Shown here: positions 1 to 11,900 of the stretch, one piece after another
Layout of the letters: every line of letters begins with the position of its first letter
Position numbering within the stretch: the first letter of the stretch is position 1
Notes under the pieces: generated by a model
What the model saw: the letters and a program-made list of their open reading frames with translations, nothing else
Told to the model about the DNA's origin: nothing
Databases searched by the model: none
Made by a program: the position numbers and the translations under genes
Source of the DNA: Pecten maximus
Lineage: Eukaryota
Assembly (NCBI RefSeq): GCF_902652985.1
Contig: NC_047018.1
Span: forward strand, 50,220,001-50,284,000
Reading direction: 5' to 3'
DNA length: 64,000 bases

Positions 1-1401
1 AACGCTGATGATAAGCATCACTAACAAGAAAAACATTTATAAAGATAAGAATATTTTAAACATTGAACAAAAGTTTGATTAGAAACTGGGAAACGTGTGG
101 GATCATAGTCTGATTGAATATTATTCTAACAAAATAAAACGAATTCTGATATACCATAGCTTTACAAACTGACCTTAAGCTGTACGCAGTAGTGACCAAG
201 TGGTGTTTCGGACACCTGGACATCACGAGCTAACGTTCCAAGAATGGAACATGAGTCACACTTACCATATACTACTAAGTAGTTACGATAATTTTTCATG
301 GCGTTTGTTTCAGAAGAGAAACATATTCAATAATCTACATAAAAAGGCAAACTTTAGATAGCTTACCCTAACAAAGAACAATATTTTGATTTATTCCTTA
401 AACAAAGAAGCTAACAGACCATTGAACCCTGTAACCGCTCTTTGTTTCTCATCGGATACAACGTGGCTACAGAAACATGACCGTACTTATCTCAATCAAG
501 GCTCACCGCAAACTCGGCTGAAGGAATATACGCGCGGCGATGCAATACGTACTGTACGCAGTTACACCATACACAGTACATGTATATAAATGTATGTATA
601 CCCTTTGAAGTAAATACAAAAGAGTTCGTACTTGAGTATAACTTATAAAGAGTAACTATATCTTTTACGTATTTTATTAACAACTTCCATCATCCTTTCT
701 TCATTTTGATCTACGGTCTAAAAATATTTTCATATCATCATCTCACAGAAGGTTCGTTATCAACCATTTTTATATTGAGTAGGAAAACATTTAATTTTGA
801 AAATCACTTTACGTCTCTCTCAATCCAGGCCGTCTTATCATTGTAATTTGATCTTATTTAATTTTTATGTTTGTCTTATTTATTCATTAATGAACTTATT
901 TATTCATTAATGAACTTATTTACTTATTTACAAACAGACATGCGTCCGCGTCAGTTAGTGCAGAGAGTTCGAATAGGATAATGCACGTGGGATTAATGAA
1001 TGAATAAAAGCTCATAATTAAACAAGTGATGCACAGAGGCAATCGTCGAGGTACGGTACGGTATATGACTGTATATGATGCTGCGTCATTTCAGGCTACG
1101 CATACTAATTATACAATACAGTACATAACCAAGTGTTGAAATAATGATTTGAAAACGTGACCAGGGCACGCGATGATAATCGATAAAATTATGCAAGCTT
1201 TTAAAATTCAGGTCACGGCATGCTCAACATATTGACACATATCAGTTTGAATACTCGGAACAAAGCAATCTATATAGACATATATACGTAATTACACATA
1301 TGATGACATATGGTATATATATAGCTACACATGTGTGTATATGGTGGATACCTAACAGCTTACTGTACGGACCATGTCTAACATATACATCATATAAATA
1401 C

Positions 1402-1529
1402 CTTGCAAGGATATTTTCGTTCAAGCTTTCGAACACTTTGATCCTCCATAGTTTCAGTTTTTCCCATCCATTGTGTGTCTTAACCCATTCGTCGCCATTC
1501 GATCTCCAATCACGTCCTAAATACGGCAT
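1402..1529 (-). CDS. FBXO32: First coding exon of an F-box only protein 32/25 (atrogin-1 family) gene; no further exon could be assigned in this window
   Basis: MPYLGRDWRSNGDEWVKTHNGWEKL matches the family N-terminus MPFLGQDWRSPGxxWVKTxxGW. The exon ends AG|GTATTT (phase 2) at 1402/1401. FBXO32 versus FBXO25 cannot be resolved from this exon. Confidence 0.8.
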
Positions 1530-1589
1530 ATTGTCTCGAATTATGTCTTATTCCATCTATATTCGTTCTTTGTTTTGATTTTGCGCAAC

Positions 1590-1740
1590 TGTTTACGTTT
1601 TGCAGGAAGTGTGTCGGAATTCTTCGCGGAGACGACATTCTAGGCCACTGATTGGCTAGTATGAAAATTGGATCGAATTTGATTGGTTAATGTCGCTTCC
1701 ATGTTAATGCCACATGGCAGGTCACATGGTTTTGTTTACA
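1590..1740 (-). promoter_or_regulatory. Putative proximal promoter of the F-box gene: CCAAT boxes and FoxO-type sites
   Basis: ATTGG at 1651, 1667 and 1682 (CCAAT on the - strand). TGTTTAC at 1590 and TTGTTTAC at 1732. All lie 60-210 bp upstream of the ATG. Confidence 0.45.
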
Positions 1741-2784
1741 TCGATCAGCTGAGTGGTTGGAGAAGGCTCAACACTTAGTTTACTTCGCAGTTTCGGGATA
1801 TGACGCATTTCAACACCAATATCGAGTAGAGTTGATATAAGTTATTACATTGAGATACCTAGCAATTACACATAACGTTTGTAAATACATATTCTGTACC
1901 TTGTATCTATAATCTTAAGTACAACAAGTTACTTTAATTAGTGCTGATGTAAAATATGGTTTTGATTTCAGCTTTAATTGAAAGAAGCAGTTTTGAAATT
2001 CCAAACATAGATTAGCGAAATAAGCAACGCCATGTCTACAAATTAGTTAAAATGAAGTTAAGTAATTAATAAGAAAAACAACAGTATCCCTTTATTTTAT
2101 GCGGCTGCACGCCATGTATGTGTTTTTGTTTATTTTGTTTTTTGTACAAAATATCTTATGCATTTTATGCTATTTTTTTCTGATTGCTTGTTTATTTTTC
2201 CGTGATTTTACAGTGTTGGTCTGATATAATTCCTTCGATGGAATTCAACACAAACATGTACGTATACAACGACAATATATTATCTCCATAGCTACATAAA
2301 TCACCTGCCCTGCTTACATTGTTGAGATATTGAATTATAAAGTCTTTTAAATAGTTTAGATAAGATAACAAATAACTTAAATCCAATATCTAATCACCCC
2401 TCCGTTAAATACATGTATGTGTCCGTAAAATATATCCTCGGACTTGAGCAAGACCACCAAAGAACTAGACCACCTACATTGACAAGCAATAGTCTTTACA
2501 GAGTATACAATTTCCGAATTACACAGCGAGGAACTTGGTTTATCGGGACATGATTGGACATTTCCCGGACATTTCCCGGACACATGGATGCCTTATCCAT
2601 CAGCGCTGTGTGATTCCTTATTCCGGAGTCATCCATGATTTTTAGATACTTTTTTCTATCCATATTCCGTACGTTTTTTTTTTAACAAAACCTAAAAACG
2701 AAAAAGTTTCTGTGTTACAATTCTGGTATGTTTACAGCGATTCAAATACATTGATGTAGTTACGTTATAGAACAGTAGCATATA

Positions 2785-3030
2785 CGTCACACGCGTTCTC
2801 CGTGTCAAATACAATATATAACTTGTACTTTACATGCGTTCTCAGTGATATAATGTAACTTCTGCATCACACGCGTTCTCCGTGATATATACAATGTAAC
2901 GTATACATCACACGCGTTCTCCGTGATATATACAATGTAACTTATACATCACACGCGTTCTCCGGGATATATACAATGTAACTTATATATCACACGCGTT
3001 CTCCGGGATATATGCAATGTAACTTATACG
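2785..3030. repeat. ~41-bp tandem repeat, about 6 copies
   Basis: Unit ATCACACGCGTTCTCCG(T/G)GATATATACAATGTAACTTATAC recurs directly. Confidence 0.85.
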
Positions 3031-3691
3031 TTATATATTAAAGTGATATATATTACGTTATAAACTTGCTGCGTTATCATATACATTTCTTTGTACATGT
3101 ATACCTATACATTGTAACATACTGAAGACAAGCGTCCTGGAGCATTCGCCTGCATTCCTTAATAAGAGTTTTATCGTAAACAATCTCACCTTGCCAAATA
3201 GATATGCGCCGTACGTTGTACTTGTTAATGGAAGGGATGTAAGTAAGGCTATGCATATCTTACATGGTAAACTGTACCAAAACGTTCGTCAAGTAAGACC
3301 TGTGTCTGCACGGTTTGGCAAACACCCAACTAATTATTCTGAGCATTGTACACAAACACTTCATTAATGGCCTTGTGAGAAAATTTTTGTGTCGTCGCTA
3401 GCTGTGAAATTGACGACTGACTTTGATGATGATGACGACAACGGCGAGAACGACGTCGACGGCGATAATGGCGAAGGCGATGACAATAAGTCGCCGTCGT
3501 CATCGTGGCGACGACATGATTCGGTAAATAACAAGCAAGCAGACGATGGTGAGAGCCAATATAGACCACATAGGCCTCTTATTTATGCGACAAATGATCT
3601 TCGTTCCCTTATCATAATTGAATAATTTTCTGTAAGTACAAGTCCCGATTGATATGTACGTAAAATAAAACCTGCAGTTTTATAGGTATAC

Positions 3692-3910
3692 TTTGGTTTG
3701 TTTTTGTTTAACGTCCTATTAACAGCCAGGGTCATTTAAGGACGTGCCAGGTTTTTGAGGTGGAGGAAAGCGGGAGTACCCGGAGAAAAACCACCGGCCT
3801 ACGGTCAGTACCTGGCAACTGCCCCACGTAGGTTTCGAACTCGCAACCCAGAGGTGGAGGGCTAGTGTTAACGTGTCGGACACCTTAACCACTCGCCCAC
3901 CGCAGCCCTC
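3692..3910 (-). mobile_element. Full-length tRNA-derived SINE with V-domain-like core
   Basis: On the - strand: A box, B box GTTCGAAAC, core TTTTCTCCGGGTACTCCCGCTTTCCTCCAC and an AAAC-rich tail. 12-bp TSD TTATAGGTATAC at 3680-3691 and 3911-3922. Three more copies occur in the window. Confidence 0.9.
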
Positions 3911-4679
3911 TTATAGGTATACATGTTAGGTGATCAAGGATGAAAAGCATGTGAGGCATATTTCTAGACAAACTCCAAAACCAAGAGAAGCGAAAGATCA
4001 TAATAGCAGTGAATGGGACACAGGACTAAATTCAGTACGGGGCATTACGTCCGAAACAAAATACCCATAGTAAACACCAAACAAAGGGCAATAACTTCCT
4101 ATATATAGCCGGACCGCAGACTCGATTTTTTCAAGCAATGTATACTCAAGGCAGTCTGGATTATCATACATGGGTTCTTACAAAACAAATGATATATAAA
4201 ATGAAGAGAAAAAAAAACGAGAAAATTTTTTTTTTAAATATAAAAAAAAAAAAAAAAAAAAAAAAATTCGTCTGAAAGAATGTACAGGATACTGTTCTGA
4301 CAACAATAACGATAGCAAAACCGAGTAATTTTACTACCTGGATAGGTTCATAAAAGTGTCAAGGAAGCAGTGGTGCCGTGTGCACATACCCGTAACACGT
4401 GACACACTTAATGATCAGAAAACTTTCACGTAAACATCAAGATAACAATGCTACAATAAAATTACAAGCAATCGTTTAAATACATATTTTATGCAAAAAC
4501 ATGTTGTGTGTCTGATATATATCTTAGGACTGTGTAGATTAAATTCTAGCTTCAGTAGACGTCATATGTTTACACAGGCAGAGTTTAACTTGAACTCGTA
4601 AACCTTTATCATTTACATCACATCTAGGTCAACAGTCAAGACCCCCGGTCTAAAATACAGCGTACTAGTCAAGGTCGGC

Positions 4680-4780
4680 GATCTGCCGACAAACTGTGAC
4701 GACTATACCCGTCACAGATAACACTTTATTGAAGGGGAGAGGACGTTCATTACAGCCTCTCATAATATCGACCTATACAG
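4680..4780 (+). other. Candidate non-coding first exon of SELENOP
   Basis: Strong donor CAG|GTAAGA at 4780/4781. The ATG-containing SELENOP exon starts at an acceptor (TTTCAG|, 8887), so an upstream exon is expected. The start coordinate is a guess. Confidence 0.3.
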
Positions 4781-5569
4781 GTAAGAATTATAACTATAAA
4801 ACAATTAGGATAACATATTATATTATAATCTAGTGTGAATGTTTTAAGTTTTTCGTCGGAACTTTCAGTTCCTTTTTCATTAAACAATACTTCTCTCTTT
4901 TTACGTAATTACCAAGTCTATAGATGTCCATTGATATTCTTATTCCATTTTTAAGACAATATAAACACTATAGGTGAATATAATCGTAAAAATAGCATTT
5001 CATAATTAACAATTTATTAATTGATACCAAAGTTATAATATAAATTTGAGAAATTTGTGACATGCGAAAAAGATAAGGTGGGGTATGGGTAGAAACAAAG
5101 TACAGCGACGGGAACAAGTGAGAGGCGGGGACAGGTGAGAAGTGGGTACAAGTTAGAGATGGTACAGGTGAGAGTTGGATACAGGTGAGAGTTGGGTGCA
5201 GGTGAGAGATTTGGGTACAGGTGAGAGATGGAACAGGTGAGAGATGTGTTTAGGAGAGAGTTGGGTATAGGTGAGAGACTGATACTGGAGAGAGATGGGT
5301 AGAAACGAAAGATCGGTACAACTGAGAGGTAGATATAGGTGAAAAGTTTGGTACAGGTGTCCTCATATGACCATAGCTGAATTAAGCCCCCCCTTACTAG
5401 ATAGTGCCCCTACACAGTGTCCCCCTACTAGATACTGATATCCATTTGTCAGTGGCTGTCTGTGTTTCCATCTACTCCAGTACAGGTACAGGGAAGGGAT
5501 TCGTCAAGGTAACACATGCGTCAGCTGAGATATGGATACAGGTATGAGATTTGTACAGGTGAAACATGT

Positions 5570-6958
5570 GTACAGGTAATAGAATGATGTGTACAGGTGA
5601 TAGAAGGATGTGTACAGGTGATAGAAAGATGGGTACAGGTTATAGAAAGATGGGTACAGGTGATAGATAGATGGGTACAGGTGATAGAAAGATGGGTACA
5701 GGTGATAAAAAGATGGGTACAGGTGGTAGAAAGATGGGTACAGGTGGTAGAAAGATGGGTACAGGTGATAGAAAGATTGGTACAGGTGATAGAAAGATGG
5801 GTACATGTGATAGAAAGATGGGTACAGGTGATAGAAAGATGGGTACAGGTGATAGAAAGATGGTTACATGTGATAGAAAGATGTGTGGTGATAGAAAGAT
5901 GGGTACAGGTGGTAGAAAGATGGGTACAGGTGGTAGAAAGATGAATACAGGTGATAGAAAGATGGGTACATGTGATAGAAAGATGGGAACAGGTGATAGA
6001 AAGATGGGTACAGGTGGTAGAAAGATGTTTACATGTGGTAGAAAGATGGGTACATGTGATAGAAAGATGGGAACAGGTGATAGAAAGATGGGTATAGGTG
6101 ATAGAAAGATGGGTACAGGTGGTAGAAAGATGAATACAGGTGATAGAAAGATGGGTACATGTGATAGAAAGATGGGAACAGGTGATAGAAAGATGGGTAC
6201 AGGTGGTAGAAAGATGGGTACAGGTGGTAGAAAGATGGGTACAGGTGGTAAAAAGATGAGTACATGTGATAGAAAGATGGGTACATGTGATAGAAAGATG
6301 GGTACATGTGATAGAAAGATGGATACAGGTGGTCGAAAGATGGGTACAGGTGGTAGAAAGATGGGTACAGGTGGTAGAAAGATGGGTACAGGTGATAGAA
6401 AGATGGGTACATGTGATAGAAAGATGGGTAAGGTGATAGAAAGATGGGTAAAGTGATAGAAAGATGGGTACAGGTGATAGAAAGATGGGTACAGGTGATA
6501 GAAAGAGTGGTACAGGTGATAGAAAGATGGGTACAGGTGATAGAAAGATGGGTACATGTGGTAAAAAGATGGGTACAGGTGGTAGAAAGATGGGTAATGT
6601 GATAGAAAGATGGGTACAGGTGATAGAAAGATGAATACAGGTGATAGAAAGATGGGTACAGGTGGTAGAAAGATGGGTACATGTGGTAAAAAGATGGGTA
6701 CAGGTGGTAGAAAGAGGGGTATAGGTGATAGAAAGATGAATACAGGTGATAGAAAGATGGGTACATGTGGTAAAAAGATGGGTACAGGTGGTAGAAAGAT
6801 GGGTACATGTGATAGAAAGAGGGGTATAGGTGATAGAAAGATGGGTACATGTGGTAGAAAGATTGGTACAGGTGATAGAAAGATGGTTACAGGTGATAGA
6901 AAGATGGGTACAGGTGATAGAAAGATGGTTACAGGTGATAGAAAGATGGGTACAGGTG
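5570..6958. repeat. 21-bp purine-rich minisatellite, about 65 copies, with degenerate flanks ~5100-7320
   Basis: Unit GATAGAAAGATGGGTACAGGT. It produces the spurious MGTGDRK, YPSFYHL and PVPIFLS ORFs. Confidence 0.95.
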
Positions 6959-8011
6959 AGGGATAGATACAGGTCAGAGATTAGTACAAGAGAGGGTTTG
7001 GCACAGGTGAGATGCCTTTTTGATGGATACAGGTTAGGGATATTTACAGGTGAGTGGCATAACAGGTGAAGGATAGATACAGGTGAATGATTGGTAAAGG
7101 TGAGAGTTTGTTACAAATGGGAGATGGGTACAGGGGTGAGATTTGTACACGTGAGGAAGGGATACAGGTGAGAGATGAGTTCAGGTGAGGGATGTCTACA
7201 GATAAAGGGTAAGCCAAGGTGATAGATATATACAGAAATGGATACAGGGGTGAGACTTGTACACGTGAGAGAGGGATATAGGTGAGAGATGAGTTCAGGT
7301 GAGGGAGAGATACAGATGAGAGTTTGTTTGATAAAATGAAACATAATTTGCATATAAACCTCGTTACTCCTATTGATGAAAACATTATCGGGTAAATATA
7401 ATAAACACATACAAAATGAAAAAGACTAGACAGATCAATTTCCGTTGATTTGAATTATCCGAATTCAACGTCGTAGCTGTTCTACCTTGTGTGTACGTGA
7501 TAAAGGGTCAGTAGCGGTCAGATAAGTCTCACAAACAATGAGTATACACTATGGAATTTGCTCCCCACAGTACAATCAACATGTCCACGTGATTACCCAA
7601 CCTTTAAAACAATATAAACAAGATAAGAATACTGTAATTGGGTCATTTATCAACAGTAAATTTATTAAAATTAGGTGATAATGACATAATTAATACAAAT
7701 TTTCAGTCATGGGCGAAGTATTTTAGTGCATCTAAACATTTATATACCATCCTGGTCTAAGTCAAGTACCACCGGGACTTGTCGAAATCCCCAACCGCGC
7801 GGTCCGTATATCTATATCCAGAATAAGCTGGGTTGGGAATTTGTATCAAAGTCCCTGTGATGAATACAATGAAATGCTAACTTTTCTTTTTTCCTCTCCG
7901 TATATAGGTGAACATCAAACTCAATACGTATATACTATATACTATTTTTACTACGTAATTGGCCTGCTAACCAGTTATCGTTCCCAATTCTTAATTTTTG
8001 CTCTCCAATAC

Positions 8012-8141
8012 CAGTTGCCAGGTACTGACCGTAGGCCGGTGGTTTTTCTCCGGGTACTCCGGCTTTTCTCCACCTCCAAAACCTGGCACGTCCTTAAATG
8101 ACCCTGGCTGTTAATAGGACGTTAAACAAAAACAAACCAAA
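8012..8141 (+). mobile_element. 5'-truncated copy of the same SINE
   Basis: CAGTTGCCAGGTACTGACCGTAGGCCGGTGG...GGACGTTAAACAAAAACAAACCAAA, flanked by CTCCAAT at 8003 and 8142. Confidence 0.88.
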
Positions 8142-8609
8142 CTCCAATGCTCCTTCTAAAACCTGTTTCATACAATTTCCTATGTAATGAAAACTCATTT
8201 TAGATCCTATATCAATCACGGAATGTTATTAATTATATTTGTACTTTGTACAATTATTTGATATTGCTGGACGATTAGCTCTGTTTGTGTACAGTGTTTT
8301 ACCAAAATATATCATTATCCATCTTTGCTATCCAAGGGTTCATTTCGTATTCACCTTTAGCTAGCGTAGATGGCTATGGAGTACCCTGTAAGAAACTTTT
8401 AAATATTATGAATATTGGCACCAATGCTGAATCCACACAGAATTCCATCTCTTAGTACCAATAGGAGAAAACAGCTGTATACAAAGTAATATTATATATA
8501 TTTCCTCAGTTCAGATACACAAATGCTGTACTCTTTCATGTGTATAAATGTAAGCTTATTGATTTTTCAACAATTCCGAAACAGGTTATACCAACTTATA
8601 TCTTATTTA

Positions 8610-8745
8610 TCAATCTTGTTGGCCCGGATGTAAGCGCATAAAAGGTCTTACTGTGGGAGGAAACCGGAGTACCCGGGGGAAACCCACGTGGTCGGGCAGG
8701 TGACCCCATATCTTTTCACGTCCGATCGGGGAACCTAACCCCACG
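8610..8745 (-). mobile_element. Fragment of a second SINE family with V-domain-like core
   Basis: GGGAGGAAACCGGAGTACCCGGGGGAAACCCAC is the reverse complement of the V-type core; its flanks differ from the first family. Confidence 0.6.
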
Positions 8746-8901
8746 TGGACGTCAGATCTCCAAGATGTTCATTATCGCTGCCAGATTAGAACTTGACCGA
8801 AAGGTTTCCAAGAGGCTTTTTATCGCTGTCTTTTTCTTGTCGAGTAATTGCTGATTGGTGATGTTCTCCATATTTCTCTGTTTCAGGTGGAAATACTAAA
8901 A

Positions 8902-11900
8902 ATGCGGGGCCCCGGCCCTTTGCTGGTCGTGTGGTTAGCCGCCATTCTCGTTGCTTCCGCGGGTGCTCGACGCTGTGCCCGTCCCCCAGTTTGGAGGACG
9001 GTGAACGGCACGAGCCCCATGCTGGAAACGGAAGGCAACGTACGTTTGGTGGCTCTACTGAAGGCCAGCTGAGGTTTTTGTGTGAGAGTCGCCATGACGT
9101 AAGTACTTGTGAAAATTTCAAGATCGACCCTCATAGCTTATTAAAGCGCAAGAGATTGACCTGAAATGATATTCATGCTCCACCCTTTCTCACATATTCA
9201 AAATACAAAATGGGATCGCTGAAGATAACGTATTGGAATTATTGGGCAAAAAAAAGGCCAAATCGACTGAAATATCAAGAAAGTTTTTCTCAAGACCTGA
9301 ATAAGGTAGAATCAAATACTCTTCATCAGATAGAAGGGTCTAAAGGTGCTTTACCAAAATTGTGAATTTCATGATGCTCACGTTTGCCCTGGGGAGGGGA
9401 TAAACTTTTAAAAAGTTTATATTGGGAAATCACAATTTTGACTATCGTTTGTTTGATTTATATTAATTCATTCTAACTTTGTAAACATTATCAGTATGGA
9501 ATGATAGCTTGAAGGGCACATGTTGGCCCTGACTGACCCCCCCCCGGGAATGATGGGCGGGGCCAAAAAGGGTCGGTTAAATTAACTCAAATATTTCAAA
9601 ACTCAGGTGACCGTTAAGGCCCATGGGCCTTTTGTTTAGATATCGGTTAAACCTACTTCTAATAGATCTATAGTTGCACAATTATGTTTGTTTTAGGCTC
9701 GAGCGTATCCGATCTAGGTTCGAACGCCGTGGCCTAACTGGTTTCGAATTCATGATTGTTAACATGAATCTCGATGAAGCTCAAGAGCAAGTCGAGAATC
9801 TTCGAAACGTCGTGAACGAAGCAGAAATGCCCATTTACCAGGATAACGACCAACTGGAAATATGGAAAAAACTTGGAGGAGACAAAGACTATCTCTACAT
9901 TTATGACGGGTAAGCATATGGGTTACTATAGCAACACTAGAGTGTTTATATGGCGGGAGAACGCTTAATTAGATAATGAAACCATAATAGTTTATTATTC
10001 ATCTAAGACAGAGTTGAGTTCAAAGACGTATTTTGATTGGCTAAATTATGGATATGGAATTTGAATTTTAGAAAAGCCGGTTGCATCCACCATGTTAATT
10101 TCGTCCAAGTTCAATTTTGAGATTAGGCACATGTCCTCACTTATAAAACAAAAGTTATTTTTATGTAACCACATTTTACAATACCTGCAACCTCCAGAAA
10201 AGATTAAATTCTTTGAAAAAAAACTAACCATATTAAGATTTATGATCCATTATGTTTCTTTTTTCTGGTTGGCCAATTTGATCTGCTAATTCATTGGTAT
10301 TTAACTGTAGAATATAGAAAATATCATATTTCAATTAGAAGTGAAAAAGAGGCCAAGTGGGCCTACATCATTTACTGGGATATATTTCAGTGATCATGGC
10401 AAAACACTATCATAAATGTTATATTGAAAATATTTTCCGATTTCTTGTATCTGTATCTCCTAAGGCTGGTTCAGACATAGTATCCTCCATTAATAAAACA
10501 TGCGATCTTCTCCCAGTAATGTTACAGAACTAAATCTGATAAAAATCCAGTCCTTTTGGATTAGTAGCGTTTAATGGGATTTAGCTCTGTATCCCCTATT
10601 TCGCCATCCCCTCTGAAAACATAGTAGCCACACTCTCAGACAAAATATGATCACTATCCGTTAAGCCGTTCATGAGTCGTAGTAACTCACATGGCATTTT
10701 GACGGACGACGGCCGCTGGCCATGACATTTAAGTTCACCAGTCCTTCAGACCAGGTGAGCAAATAAATGTATGTTATCTTGTCGAGCGTGATAACCATGT
10801 ATTTCGTTTTTGTTTTCAGTTGTGGAATGCACCGATATCTGCTGACATCTGATGATATCTTAGACCGCGATCAAAATTCCATTAATATTCGTCTGATCAA
10901 ACGGCGTCTACGTCAGGTGACACGACGCGACCGGTGTGCTAGGCAGTGTCGGCGGTACAGACGCCGCCTCATGTCCGCGGAGGACATGGACCGGATGCAG
11001 GGACACCAACCACATGTCGTGTCAATGTCTCGTGGAAGAAGTTCCAGCGCAGACGAAAACCGGACACCAACGTGTATGGAGCGGAATTGTCGTGGACGAA
11101 ACACTCCGCAAAGTAGACATAGAATGATCCACCGGATGTGACGTCACATGCGGAGACGAGGACTTGTTGGAGATTCGACACAATCTTGATTGTGTCCGCG
11201 CAACTTCCGGGACGAATGTTCGTGTACACGTTATCGTCAATCAAGTAGAACGCGTTTCTGCGCATGCTCTGAAATCACACCTGCTATTAGCGTGCGCTGT
11301 CTTTGATATGACTGTGACGCGTTCGTTGACGGACATGACGTAGATATTCCGCGCGTCCGACCGTCTTGACGACTGTTGACCAGCTGACACTGTGACACTG
11401 ACGATCATTTCCAGTCGGCAACGTGTCAGTGACCGACGGGCCAGTCGACTGACGTCGCCAGGTCGGCGTCAGTCTCCTGATCTTGTGAGGTGGGCGTCTG
11501 CGTATGACAGGGAACTAACGAGTCGTGTATGTGACGATCAACTGACACTGGGACGTCATGAGAATGACATTCGGACGCGACGTCATGTTTTTGACCTAGC
11601 GACGCGTCTCACGGTGACATGTGACATTGTCAGACGACGTCTACTGGCGTCAGCGACAACTCTTGACAGTGACACGGACAGGAAAGTGTCGGAAGTAGCG
11701 ACAGTATCGTCTGAGACTGACAACACACGACAGGAAACTGTCACTGAAACTGCGAGGTTTCCAGAAATGGAAACCTTCAGTGTCAATGACCGATAGGTCC
11801 AACTCCAACCGCAGTTGTTCACTGACGAACCGGAAGTGACACCGGAAGTAGATGACATTGACCAACAACCGTAACAACTGGGAAAACCTGAGAATGCGCT

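Noticed and set aside
172-216. Possible second exon of the F-box gene on the - strand
   Set aside because: It is phase-compatible, but the peptide is not recognisable as FBXO32/25 and the splice signals are modest.
5504-6966. Long ORFs of 100-305 aa on both strands
   Set aside because: They are translations of a 21-bp minisatellite, open in several frames, with no protein-like content.
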